Assembly (NCBI GenBank): GCA_973895155.1
Contig: OZ316897.1
Location: 6,027,327 to 6,091,326, forward strand
DNA from: Marsupella aquatica
Lineage: Eukaryota; Plantae; Marchantiophyta
Length of the DNA: 64,000 nucleotides
Direction: 5' to 3'
Shown: positions 1-12,722 of the stretch, in pieces
Layout: each line of letters starts with the position of its first letter
Position numbering within the stretch: the stretch's first letter is position 1
Program-made: the position numbers and the translations under genes
The notes under the pieces: model-generated
The model's input: the letters and a program-made list of their open reading frames with translations, nothing else
What the model was told of the DNA's origin: nothing
Databases searched by the model: none

Positions 1-640
1 CCCGCACTGCAGTTTCTTCACTTGTTTCTTCATCATCTCGCTCTGCATCTTGCATGATCTTGAGTTGGGGTTTGGGCGAAAGTGTTCGACGTTCGGTCCC
101 GCGTTTGTTTGAACTCTTGGGATTTCTCTAGGGCTTTGTCCCGGGCTTTGTGAACGTGTTTGTGCCCCGGTCTGTGCACTCACTCTCACTCTCTTCCGGG
201 ACTCTCTTGCATTCGGGCTTGCATTCCTGTCCCGATTCCCATGTCCATTTTGTGATCAAGTCTGTAAGGGAATTTTGTAAGCTGATTGCGAGCTGGGCGG
301 GGAGCTGAGGCTGCATTTTGACCTTGGCCATTGCAGCGGGCATTGCAGACGGGGTTGCGGGCTGCATTTCAACCTTGGCCGAGTTGGACCCCGGTTTTGC
401 TTACCAATCTCGGGACCAATCGAAGCTCGGGGACGGACAGTGGGATCAACTGGCGGGTCAACTGGTCAAAGATAATTCCTGAGGTAATTGTTGTAAACGG
501 TACCAATCCTGCTTCCTACTGTTTGGAATCAGCAAAACCATGGGCGAGAGATTGTGCCAATGATTTGAGCTGAGGCACAAGTGCATTTTGTTCTTGCTGC
601 CTTCGGGGCTGCCTCTTGCCCGGCCTCTTGTCTTGAACAT
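1..640 (-). pseudogene. Decayed N-terminal part of a retroelement gag-like ORF running off the left edge
   Basis: ATG at 640 (MFKTRGRARGSPEG...) is followed by low-complexity reading frames broken by stops and frameshifts. It lies back-to-back with the long ORF at 994-4608. No diagnostic domain falls inside the window. Confidence 0.3.
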
Positions 641-993
641 TTTGGATTGTGCTTTTCTGTTGCTGGCTTTTCAGGCGGAAGACTTATCTCGCTTTTTGTT
701 TTGTAGGTTGGTGGTGACTATAGTCAACACCGGCCCCGGCACCGACAGGAATCCCGTAGCATATTAGGGCACGGTTCGCGGCAAGAAGGGACATTAACAG
801 GGACATTAAGTTTGTGTCTGTGGCAATTTGTGTTGGTTTGTGTTTGTGACAGTTTCTATCGCTCTGCCCCGCGCTCTGTATGATGCCTAGCCAGGAATCA
901 CTCGGCCAGTTAAGTGGGTAAAGCACGAGTGCACCCTAGAAACACCTTAGTATAGGGACAAAACAAGGAAAATATAAACAATTAGGGGCGACT

Positions 994-3900
994 ATGGAAC
1001 CCGGGCCGAGGCCGGAGGTAAGGACGCTAGGGGTGAAAACAAGATTAGGGTTAGAGCGCGCTAAGCATCGGCGGCTAGGAAGGATCAACGGGAGAAAGGA
1101 CCGGAAGAGGAGAGGGGTAAGGAGCGCTTGCAGGAGATGGTGGCTCATTTGCAAGCACGAACTAGGCAGATGACCACGGAAGGCCAACTACTGTCAGTTG
1201 CTTAGGCAAGCACGCGGGGTGGGAATAGATACCAACGATCGACTCAAGGAGGGTATGAGCAACGTCAATCAAGCGGCACATTTCTGGGGATGCCTATTCA
1301 AACGGGCAACTGAGTACATCAAGACTTACGAGGACAAAGAATCAGAAAGGGCAGCTCGAGAACGACAGGAGCTCGCTCGATTGTGGGAGCTGCAGAAGAC
1401 GACTTTCTTAGGAGGCGAACTCATCAAGGCCGAGTTCTTGTGGACTCCTACTTCCAATCAGCTCGACGATCTTCTGTTTTGCAAAGACAGAATCATCGGC
1501 ATTCGAGAGGCCATCAAGAACTGCAACGACATACACTGGGAATTGAAGGGTAGCACAGAAAGGTGGACCCAGGCAACGGTGCTAGGAGAAACCTCCACGG
1601 CAGCCGAGATGAAGAGGAAGGGAGCCGTCAACGATGAAGCCACCCCGGCAAAAAGAACGAGGTCGGCGGCACCAAAGAAGCCAGCCGAGCAGCAGAGCAG
1701 GAGGCAGGGAGAAGCCGAAGAGGAGGAGGTCGATCCCATCAATGCCATTCCAACCAGGGATGACACCTGGAAGGGCTGGGCGGCAACCCTACCAGCGGAG
1801 GTGCAACTACATTTTGCACGGGAGGAGGATGCATGCTTTACGGCCATGCAGACCAAGAAGTACCAAGGCTTCATGGCCGGATCCGGCTTAGAGGCCTTTG
1901 TAAGATTACCATGGCTGAAGCCGGAGGTACCGGATTCAGACCTATTAGAATTTGTGGGGTCATGGGAACCCGAGACCAATTGCACGAGGATATATGGGAA
2001 GGATTTCTATCTTACTCCCAAGGTGATTGCCGAAGTGTTTGGCTTGCCGATAGGCAATAAGACCAAAGTTGATACCAGGAAGACCTTGCCTGATAAGGAG
2101 TTTCGGTCGTTCCCCGGGCCATCAACGAAGAATGGCTTCTTCCGGAACACCTGCACCAACCCGCACATAGGAGAGATGATCGACTTCTTGCGAGTGACCA
2201 TGCATTGTAACTTGCCGAGGGCAGAGATCGGCAAGGCACAGGTCTATCTGGCAGAGAGGCCAGACCCAAGCCGGGACTACAATGGGTACCTCCTCAACCA
2301 ATTGAAGAAGATCTTAAAGGAGGAGCAGCAGGTAATCGACATGGGGAGCGTGTCGCGGCTTGGCTATCACATGCCGCTGTTGTGCAGGTATGCCAGAGGT
2401 CAGACCTTTGCCCTAGTACTCCCCCTGCAGGTAAGGGCACCCAAGGAAGCTCCAGCACCGAGGCCGGTAGCAGAGAAGCCTCAACCACCTGTTAGCCCTA
2501 CGATTGAGCAGGTGTTCAGGCCAAGGAAGGAAGACTTGCCGATGCAGCAACCAAGCATACAGAATCTGCTGAAAATGCTGGAGAAGGAAAAGACGGCACC
2601 GGCACCGGCTTCGGCAGCAGCACCAATACAGGACATTGCCCAAGAGGTCAACCTAAGCAGAATCAGGCCAGAATCCAAGTCGGGTGTTCGAATGTACGTG
2701 GGAGTCTCAAGCTCTGAATCTGAGGCAGAATTGCCTGAAGCTCCTACCGACAAAGAAGAGAGGGAGAAGCCGGAAGTCCAAGAAGTAGAGGAGGCAGTGG
2801 AGGATTGCAGCCATGATAACTCCGGCTATGGGTCGGACCATCACGTTCCAGGAGTAAGGACCTGTGGCCGGTTTGTCCCCACACTTCCAAGGGTAGTACG
2901 AGGGGACCCCAACCAGCAGAGTAGCCCTAAGTCTCCCCCACCAGATGTTGCTCCCCCGAGCTTTGACGGCATAAAACAGACGGCGCAGGAATTTTAGGAG
3001 CGAATCAGGCAGGAAGAGAAGGCAGCCCTGGCTAAAGAAAAGGATTTTCCAGGAGGAGATTGGCCGGAGGACATCAGGCGGCTAGCCAAAAAAGGAAGCA
3101 AACCTCTAGCCATGATTGAAGAGATCCGCAAGACGGCTTGGGAGTAGAGGCCGCGATGGGTGATGCCGATCACTTCTACTTATTCCACCTACGCTAAGAA
3201 TAGAGCCATGGAGTATGGTGAGATGTGTGGGGAACTTGCGCTCGACATCTTTGGGGAGGAGTTGGAGGTAGGACCCTTTTTCCATAGGGAGCAGTTGGAG
3301 AAGCACCAATTAGAAGAAGCGGTGGCTTTAGAGAGAAGCAAGAAGGACGAGATCATCCGGCGGCTTAGGAGGATGGAAGCCAAGATTGAAGATCTAAGGG
3401 CGGCCAAGAAAGCCCAAGATGAACTGCGGATTAAGCGGCATGAGCTGAACATCATGCAGGGGCAGTTGGACACAGCGCAGGCTGATAATCAGATTATCAA
3501 GGATAAACTGACTCAGACCCAGGGAGAATTGGCCGACGCAATCAAGGACAGGGAGAAATGGAAGAAGGAGCTGAGAAACGTAGAGGAGGCCCATATAGCA
3601 GTCAACAACCGGGTCACGGCGGAGACTCAGAGAAGGGAGAGGGCGTTGAAGGGGGAGCTCGAGAAAATCCGCGGAGCCCTTGAGCAGAAGGAGGCCGAGT
3701 TAGGGAAATCCTATCAAGGGATTATTGCGCTACAGCAGGAGCTTGCGTCCCTGACGGCCAGCTTCAAGGCCGACCTGCGGGAGAAGGACGCCCAGCTCGA
3801 CCAGACTTATGCCAAGATGAATAACATGGAGTCTGAGGTCGTAGCGGAGCTCGACAAGGAGCTGAGAGCAACCCAGGAGGAGAGGGCTACCACCAAGAAG

Positions 3901-4608
3901 GAATTGGAGGAAGCCCACAAGGAACTGGAGGAAGCCAAAAAAGAGCTGGAGGAGGCACGTAAGGACCTGGAGGAGACCCAGGAGGAGTTGGAGGAAATCA
4001 CAAGGAAGATGGAGAACCTACAGCGGCGGGCCGATAACCAAACTGAGCGGCTAAAGAAACAAGCCGCAGTATTTAAATGTTTAGCTGCATCAGGTCCATC
4101 TCCCGTTGGGGCAAACCAGTTACCAGGGGTGGTAATTACCGAAGGACCAGCCATGACACACGGCCCGGTGCCGGACATTGGCGGCAAAGGGAAGGAACAG
4201 GCTGTGGAGATAGTGAAGAAGAAGAAGCGGAAACCTTCGGGGTCCGGAGGTTATTCGACCCCTCAAGCCGTACTCAAACCGGCACCAACCTCCGGCATGA
4301 ACACGACAATAGATTCCGCTATCACCAAAGGTGGGGATGGCGCGGCCCAAGCCGAACTACTCAGTAATGAGGCCGGTATCCCAGATCCACCTCTTGAGCA
4401 GGCCGGGGAGACAGTGGCTGAAGCCGAGGCTGAGGCCGTAGCCGAGAGTGATTCCCGAGCCGATGCCGAAGCCGAGGGTGGGCCCAGTCAGGCCGATGAA
4501 AAGTTGACTCGGTCAGAGGCAGGTAATCTATCAGAGGACGGACCAACGGCAGTGGTTGCGGAGGAAGCATTGGGGGCGTCCATTGAGGATCCACCACCGG
4601 TGTCGTGA
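994..4608 (+). pseudogene. Retrotransposon accessory ORF (plant-mobile-domain/Athila-ORF-like segment plus long coiled coil) with premature stops
   Basis: ORFs 1198-2997 and 3160-4608 and the ATG at 994 share one frame and are separated only by single TGA/TAG stops. The segment EFVGSWEPETNCTRIYGKDFYLTPKVIAEVFGLP resembles plant TE accessory domains. An E/K-rich heptad coiled coil lies at ~3300-4060. Confidence 0.55.
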
Positions 4609-7321
4609 CGGTGCAACGGCGCCGTTCCTTTTAGGAAGGGCGGACGTGGAGGTAGGAGGCGTGAGTGGGCAGGGCGGGCACTGATCTCCAAGTTTAGGAT
4701 TAGGATTAGGACCAAGAGCGGCCCTGACACTTAGCTTAGTGGGATTGTGGTTCCAGTGGTAGGAGCAACACTTGTGCTCCTACCTTGCTGTACATAGGTA
4801 GATTCGGGCAGGTAGATTACTGTTAGGTAGATTAGGCTTACGCTGCAAAGAATTAGGCGGATCCACTACCAGGATAAGTACCTGGGCAGCGGGGAGCTCA
4901 GGGCCTCTTCTTTAGCAAGTTTTTAGTTTGCACCAGCCGGGCTGGGATCAAGTAGTAAGAGAAGCTCTCGGTTAGTCATACCGTGACCTTGTGTATATTC
5001 ATGTTTCCTCATGCCTAAGAGCTGAATAGAGTTGGCCTCACGGCTTAGTTTGCAGAGCTTGTGTATGAGATGTACTGTTTGTATGGCAAGTGCATGGTAT
5101 GACTCAGTCAGAAGGAGTCATTTTGCTATTTGTGTGTCGCATTAACTTGTGTGAAGAGTGCCCACATCAACCAGAAGGAAGGAAAGTAAGCAAGGGAGTG
5201 AGAGTTGGATGTGTCGAGCTGAGAGAGGTCTTAGCGGCTTAACCAAGCCTATTGGGGATCATTCTGGCGGCGGAATCCAAACATACCTAACCAGAAGGAG
5301 AGGAAGACAAGGGAAGGCCTAGATTAGGCCGGCTACGTATCTCATGACCCGATGAAGGATCTGTCCAATATATGTGTGTAAAAGGCTAATAGTAATAGTA
5401 GACGGAGGTTAGCAGCGTCCCATGCCGCTAAGCCGCGGAAACGGCCTCGCCAAGCGCGAAACCTGCGGGAATCGGCTTGAGCTGGGGGGTTTCTTGGGTT
5501 TAGGGAGCCATGGGACGCACCACACTCTGCTTGTTCCTGCATGCTACAAAAGCTATGTTTGAAAGAAAGGGTGTTCATGCATGTGTTTAAATTGGTCATC
5601 GTAGCCTGGGGTTTGGTTTTACTGGTTTAGTCACTTCGTTTTGTGGTTGCCTATTTGTTCTAAAGCATCTGAAATTGCAGGGCCTTTCCCGGGGCCTTTC
5701 CACAAAGAAGAAGGGGTTGGCGCCTTCTACCTTCATGCTTCCAATCAATTGTGGCAAGAGCGGGGGCAAGAGTCTTCTATTCCAATCAAGGTAACAATGT
5801 AGTGAAGGCCCGAGTGAAGGTTATCCCGGGGGTTTTCCTGGGTTTTCTGTTGAACATATTTTTCTGTTTCGGTTACTTCCATATAGTGTATTGTTGCCCA
5901 CTCCTATCATTTAAATGTTGGATAGTCCAAGTCTATTTTGCTCTGTAAATAGATAGAATGTGCGCCTAGACAGAATGAGGAGAAAGAGAAAGTGATCCCA
6001 TTGTGCAGCAAGCAATGTTCAGTTTTTGCTTCACAAGCCCGTTGATGTTAATTGATGTTCATTCTTGTCTCTTCTCTACAGGTGAAGCGCAAGGCTAGGC
6101 CCCGGGCTAGGCAGAGATTTGCTAGCCTTGTTACACTAGCGGAACAACAATTGGGGAGAAAGCAACGGGGAAAGCAGTTGGTCAGCTTTTAAGTGTTGGT
6201 GAGTATGATTAACTTCTTGAAATCTGTACTAGGTCCTCGATCGAATACCTTGTGTTATTTGCCTTATTCTTGTTGTAATGTCGTTTCTCTTGTTGTAATG
6301 TCGTGGTGGAGTGGTACCTCTCATTCTACTCTCTCCTCCTCCACTGTCTCTGTGAGCGCTTGCTTTGATGCGTCTTTTGATTTAACTGCCTTTGTGGGTT
6401 GAAGCATTTTGTTGAAGCTCCACGGATCAGTGTCAGCTCTGTTAATTTACCCTCTGTCTCGTAAGGTCAAGTTGTTCGCGCCTAGGTCAAAGCATTTTCT
6501 GAAGCTCTCGCGTGAAGAAATTTTAGCTTTAGCTCGCTACTACATTTGGTAAAGCTTAGCTTTAAAACTCTATCTGTGCTTGGGCTTTTCGAGCAGTCGG
6601 TGATCATTGAATTTGTTGTACTTAAGTTTCTGGAATTATGGCTCTTGCAGTTAGCTTGACTTCTCTGCCGCAATTGGGACTTCCGGTGTGCATGGTCTAA
6701 CTAGCATCTCGCAGAAAATTTAGCATCTCATTTACTCCTACAGGTTTATCGTCACAGGCAGGAGCAGAGTTGGAGTAGTGGCTGAAACTTAGACCAACAG
6801 TTGGGCATCAAGAAACGACGGTGAGTACTCAGTCTAACTGGTGTTCAAATATTGTCTTCTTCGGTTTTTGAATGTGTGCCATTGTTGAATTACATATTTG
6901 TGGGCATGTTGTATGACCCCAAGGACCTGTCATTCGTTTTGTTTTACAGGTTTGGAGGTGGGCCGAGGCCGGGGCTCAACGCTTGTCTACTAGTATCGTA
7001 TTTGGCCACGGGGTTACATCACTCTAAGGTGACACATCATTTTGCATATTAATTGTTTCTCCTTCTCCGCTATAATTGTATGATATGATTTGTGACTACT
7101 GTCATCTGCTTTGTAATTGCCAATGCAGTCTTGTAGTGTCATTTCGGGTCTCGTTTCTTTTATTGAATGGATTTGTTTGTCTTCTCCGTAGGTGAAGTGC
7201 AAGGGCTGCCCGGAAAGTGTGAGTTGTCTTGAAAGTTCTGGCACATTCAGGTCCGGGATTCAGGTTCTTGGCGTCAATTGTCTTGTGAATAGAAGTCCCG
7301 GTAGAAGTCAATCTGTAAGCA

Positions 7322-7801
7322 ATGTCACGTGAGACAAAGGTCAATGCCATATGGAGCCTTTTTGTGCAAGTCATAGGGGCATTTGTGTGCTCTGCGGTCG
7401 GATTGTGTACTGAAAATTTACTGTGGACTCTGTTGGGTTTGCTTAGCCAACTATTTCAATTTTTGCATGAAATTTTGGAGCGATTCATCGCTCTTGCGCG
7501 TCCACCTCTAGAGATGGCTGATGCTAGGGGTGCAGAGGCCCCTCATCCTGACATTGTCGGCCATGAAGCTTTGCCTCTGCACAAGATTTCTATGCCGTTA
7601 GTTTCCCATTATTATGCAGTGTCTAGAGGCCGTAGGCCAGGCATATATGAATGTCACGAAGCTACTGACAAACAAGTCCTAGGTTTTAGTGGGAATAGTC
7701 ATAGGTCTTTTAAGACTAGAGCACAAGCGGAGGATTGGCTAACAACGGAGATCTTGGCCAGGTTGGGCATAATTGTCAATGTAAGACTTGAGTTCATTTG
7801 A
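7322..7801 (+). CDS. Protein with RNase H1 N-terminal (Cauli_VI/hybrid-binding) domain
   Basis: YYAVSRGRRPGIYECHEATDKQVLGFSGNSHRSFKTRAQAEDWL matches the YYAVxxGRxxGIY...QVxGF....KxF.T..EA..W/F consensus. A hydrophobic N-terminus precedes it. Confidence 0.75.
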   Translation: MSRETKVNAIWSLFVQVIGAFVCSAVGLCTENLLWTLLGLLSQLFQFLHEILERFIALARPPLEMADARGAEAPHPDIVGHEALPLHKISMPLVSHYYAVSRGRRPGIYECHEATDKQVLGFSGNSHRSFKTRAQAEDWLTTEILARLGIIVNVRLEFI

Positions 7802-10081
7802 ATATGAGACAAATTTGGAATTTCAGGCAATGTTGTGTTCTTGCATGCGATTGAAGGCCAACTTGACTCCCTTTCTTATGTTTTCCTCATGTGCACATAT
7901 ACCTACTCCTTGCTTCCAAATGTCTTTGCCCAAGTGTATCGTTGCACACTATAACTACTTATTGATGTTGTGAAGTAAATTTGTGTGCAGGTCTCTCAAT
8001 CTGCCAGTGTGTTGAAGGACTTCTGGTCTACCAAGCTTCCGTCTGCGTTGAAGGTCTTGCATGTCTCTTGCTGAGTGTGGATTTTTGTGAACCATATCCA
8101 CCAGATTCCTTGGTCATCCACCTACATTAGGCAAGCAACAACCAAAACTTGGCGAGGTATGGTGACCACCCGTTCTATGAGGAGAGCAGAGGACACTCTA
8201 ACCAGACGTGTACACAAACTGTACAAGTTGATGGTTTGGGATGAAGTCCTCCCTAGAGGTCTAGGGGTCCTGTGCTACTACCGAGACATTGCCCCTGTCA
8301 GACGTAGCAGTCTGCCTCGAGCACTCTGACAAGTCCCAAGACCTAAATGTCTGCCCATATACCTTCAATTTTGTGTGAAGACCGATGGAGTGCCTGACGC
8401 CTCCAAGGCTCAACTTAATGCATGTATCCATGAATTGGATGCAGAGTGCACTATCTGTTCCCAAGACCCGGCCCTTGATGAGAATGCAAAGTTGAATCAA
8501 CTTCGTCGGATGGCCTGTTTCTGTTGTGTGGTTTATAATACACACCCTTGGGCGAATCTGTCCATACCTTAGGATGGACCCAATTTTCACGGTAGGGTAG
8601 TTTAGGTTACTTTGTGCCCTGAATTATGTGTTGGCTTGTGCACAGGGAGGGGATGTTCCTCTTGTGTCCACACTGAAAACTAGATCAGGTTTTTGCACTT
8701 TGCTCCTATGGAGCTATTTTGTACAAGGAATGTTGAATGTATCAATTTTGAAGGCAGTGAGCCAACAAAGGAAAATTGGTCTGAGTTCCTTTAATTTGAG
8801 GAACCATGATGATATTTCCTCCATTTTGAAGAAATTGAGGAAATACTCCATTTGTTCAAAAGAAATTGAAGGCGTGCCAGAAAATTGCTATCATTCAATA
8901 TGGAAATGTGTGGTTTAGAACTCACTTTGGATTTGTCCCGGGTGTTTACTCCAGGTTTTATTAATTTCAAGCAAGGCGCATTCACCAAATAGGTTGTGTA
9001 TAATTGACCTCAAGGCCCCTGGTTCTGTCCTATTCCATCAACAAGGTACGTCGTCATTCGAGTTACCTCATCTCAATTTCCTTTGCTTTTCTGGATTTTT
9101 TGTCCAGTCTAACGACAGGGATTGTGTGTTGCTCAGGTAAGTAACACAGGGCTGGTTGTTACATGTCCATTCTGCATTTCCTTTAGAGCTCTTGCATGCG
9201 TTGCTGTGCAGGAATGCTTGACTTCAAGGAGACCCCAGGGAAGTGATGCCCTTGGTGGAGACTGCTGGAATTGGTCCCCAACAGTCTAGTGCTCCTTGAA
9301 GGAGAGGCAGGTTGCCTGGGAGGGGGAGGGGGCCTTGGAGTTGGCAGCCAAGTGCAATCGAGTTTAGAGCCTGGTCATAGGGTTGGGTGGTCTAGGAGAC
9401 AATTCCAATAAAATAGTGAGTCATCGGCTGAGCGAGTCAGTAAGGAAATTTTGACTTGGCCATCTGTGTTCGAGTGGAGGAAATTGGAGTGGTGGGCCTG
9501 GCCCCGACTGCACATGGCTGAAGCACAAGTCCTGCATGTGCAGATCCCAATCTCTCCAGTGCTTACGCTGACACTGGAGTCCTTGCCAGCAAAGGGTTTG
9601 TCCCTTCCCACCCGAAATTACTCAGAGAAAGCTGCAATGGATCTTTCAAGCCAATGACCAGGAGAAATGGCCGGGATGGGGCAAGGCCCCCTTGGTATTG
9701 GTCCGATGGAGGTGGTCTCCCAAGCAGTGGTCCAAGATTCATGCTTGTCCATTTTTTATACTAGCAATTCAACTTTGGTTCTGGCGCAAGGTTTGCATTC
9801 CCTCACTCAGTTTTGCGGATCTTTAACAGGCCATGTTGGAGTTTCACATATACCTCTCGGAAATGGACCCATACTACTGGGGCGATGGGGCCCTTCTAAA
9901 TCAGCTGAAGAGGCTAGATTCGAGTCTTATCTTGTGTATTTTTAAATTAATTGTGCAGGCATCCAACTTGAACCAATATCATTTTTACTTAGATGAGGAG
10001 GAAGGGGTTATTTATATTTAGTGGGACAGATATGTTTGTTGGTGTAATCGATTAGTTTTCCTTCTTCTAAAGACTGGTGCA

Positions 10082-10582
10082 GTGAGGCGTCTGATTCTCC
10101 ACTGCTGCCATGTGGTAGATGGCAATCCCTTGTATGACCCAAACTTTTATGCTGCCAATAGAAGTAGAGCATTCAATGAGATCCAAGATATCATTGATCA
10201 TCTCCCAGATCCTCTTGCCACAGAGTTCCTCATTGACAGTGGTGGGAAACTTCATTCCTATCGGAGCCATGAACTACCTCCTAGACCTCTATGTAGGTTC
10301 TTCAAGATGATCTATAGCTCTGGTCTATGGACTAGTGTGCTAGCAAATGGGGAGGCGTGCACTTGCTGCGTTAATGCTTGCTGTGACATTCCGTCATGTA
10401 GGTATTCGGTAGCAGTAGTGGATCCCGCTACCAGAGCGGTGGACTTTCATTGGCTGTGGGCTTATGATCATACGGTCACCCATATCCCTCATTGGCCCAA
10501 AAAGCATGTATTGCGATTTGATGTAGCGCGGTTTGATACTGATGCAGAGCCTGAAGATAGTGAGGATGAGATTTTAGTGTAG
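10082..10582 (+). CDS. Uncharacterised Cys/His-containing exon, probable TE accessory gene
   Basis: 166-codon open frame preceded by an acceptor-like tgcag, with an acidic C-terminus. No recognisable domain. Confidence 0.3.
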   Translation: MRRLILHCCHVVDGNPLYDPNFYAANRSRAFNEIQDIIDHLPDPLATEFLIDSGGKLHSYRSHELPPRPLCRFFKMIYSSGLWTSVLANGEACTCCVNACCDIPSCRYSVAVVDPATRAVDFHWLWAYDHTVTHIPHWPKKHVLRFDVARFDTDAEPEDSEDEILV

Positions 10583-10947
10583 AGGTGCTGTAGTTCACCA
10601 TCCTTCATTTTGAGACATTTTCAGACTGCTCAATTTTGTACTTTTAAAGTCTTCACCTGTAGAGACTTTCATTCCAATGGACATCAATTGCATTGTATTC
10701 CCTCATGATGTGCCTACCATTTTCATGTGCCATGCTATCGTTTTGTTGGCTTTGTCTGTATTTTTGCACGGGAAGTAATGATAAAATCACAGACTTGGTA
10801 ACTTGCGGTTTAGAATGCAAGCCAGTTTAAGAAGGCAAACCCGTGTTACTAAACCGTCAACCGCAAGTATAGGTTTCCTATGTCTCCAAACTGAACTTCC
10901 TGTGCGAAGAGGTTGAAGTGATGTTGTCATTGCTTGATTGTTTGCAG

Positions 10948-11865
10948 GGAAGAATTGTCATGTTCCTATGTCGTCCGTGCCTGTATATCAAGTCAACAAT
11001 GAGTCAGGAGACCAAAAGCATTCGGGATCCCTTAGTTACGAGGGTTGGACCTTGGCTGACACTAGGCAAAAGATGGTGGACCTGGAACTTTGGGATTTTG
11101 AGTTCCAGTTTATTGATGTCAATTTCAATAGTCAAATTAAGGTTGCCTGGGAGAAAGGCAACCTCATTGAGGACTGTGGGGGGAAACTCGTTGTTATCCC
11201 AAAAGTTGGGACTGTAGTACCAGCGGGAGTACTAGGCACTGGTGTCGACATTGGGAGTAGCAATGCTTCCAATGGTACATCTCAAACTTGCAGCCAGGGT
11301 GATGACCTTGACACCCAACGTGTCGAGGGTACTGACTGGCTAGGAGATGAGCTCCTGTTGCCCAATCCTTCCCTTGTTGACACTCCTCGACCAGTTGAGG
11401 AGCAGGTGCTGCAAGTGAGTCTTAAGTCAACGACTATGCCAAAGGAACTGGAGAGGCATTGGTTGAAAGAGGTTGATAAGTTGAAGGAGCAAATGGTGTC
11501 CATCAATGCTGCACACCACAAGTGGAAAGTAATGACTTGGGACAAAGATGGTGTTCCTTGTGGTAAGATAGAGTGTGTAGAGTGTCAGTGCAATAGGCTG
11601 GGAACGTCAAAGGGGTTGATGGACAGAGGGAGCATCACTAACTGCTTCACCAATTTCAAACACAAACATCTCATTACAGATAAGCATGCATCAAATGTGG
11701 CACCTAATAAGGGTGAGAAAATTGACGAAGTGGAGATCTCCAAGAGGGCTGCAGCATCTTTACTGAGTGATAGAAGCACTCTTGACATTCATGTCAAGAT
11801 TGTGGAGCGTGTGAATGACAGTCAGGTGGTTGATCATCAGACTTTTGAAATCGTAGGTGACCTTA
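10948..11865 (+). pseudogene. P-element-like transposase gene, 5' part (zinc-finger-bearing N-terminus)
   Basis: Open frame with a CxxC...HxxxxxH motif (KIECVEC...FKHKHLITDKH). It rejoins 27920 in frame (V-G-D-L|S-K-E-P) when the CACTA insertion and one TTA are removed. Confidence 0.6.
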
Positions 11866-12722
11866 TAAGAAGAATTCGAGGTGAACTGAGACCGCAATAT
11901 GTGACTCATTTTGGCTCTGTCATGTGACTTCATTGTAACTCAACATGACTTGACCCACGCTGTGACCCTTGGAGTTGCAAAAGTTGAGACCAAAAAATGG
12001 AAGTCACTCTTGATACTGGGCTTTGCAACTTGCTTGATACCCATTTGTGACTGATCTGTGACTTTATTGTGGAGTCTAGCCTTGTTTCTACGTGACTGCA
12101 ATATGACTTTAACAAGTCACATGGTAAGTCACATACATGACTTACCCGCATTCAACAACGACTAGTGTGTGACCATTTAGTGTCACATGAGAGACCAATG
12201 GAGACCCTAGCCCGGGTCACACAACAGAACCATTTGGGACTTTATATACTCATGTTTATAACTAATAAGGTTCACATGCAAGTTGTAACCATGACTAATG
12301 AACACAGAGGGACAGTTCATAAGGAGAGAGAGCACTCCACATTACAATACATAGAAACCTGATGTTCTAACTTTAGAAATATAACACATTGAATACAATA
12401 AATGAACATAGCATGAATGACATCCACATGAAACAAAGCATCATATAAGCAGATCCTACATAAAACATTCATAAGAATTAAACAGAATCACAATCTTGCT
12501 CAAAAATCTAGATCATTTGAATTCCAATGGAATAGTTTACAATGTGATCAATATAATTCAAACAAAACAGGAACTCATAATTGATGACTGTAGGATGAGA
12601 TAACTGAAAGCACATGCATGATACTATGAATCTCCAAGAGGACATGATTCTTGTACTCCTTCTTGACATCTAAAATCTACATAACATGACTCACACTACA
12701 AACAAATAATGGCATGACATTG

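Noticed and set aside
1458-4730. Numerous antisense and alternate-frame ORFs in the ORF track
   Set aside because: They are shadows of the long plus-strand ORF with no independent motifs. The same applies to most short ORFs elsewhere in the window.
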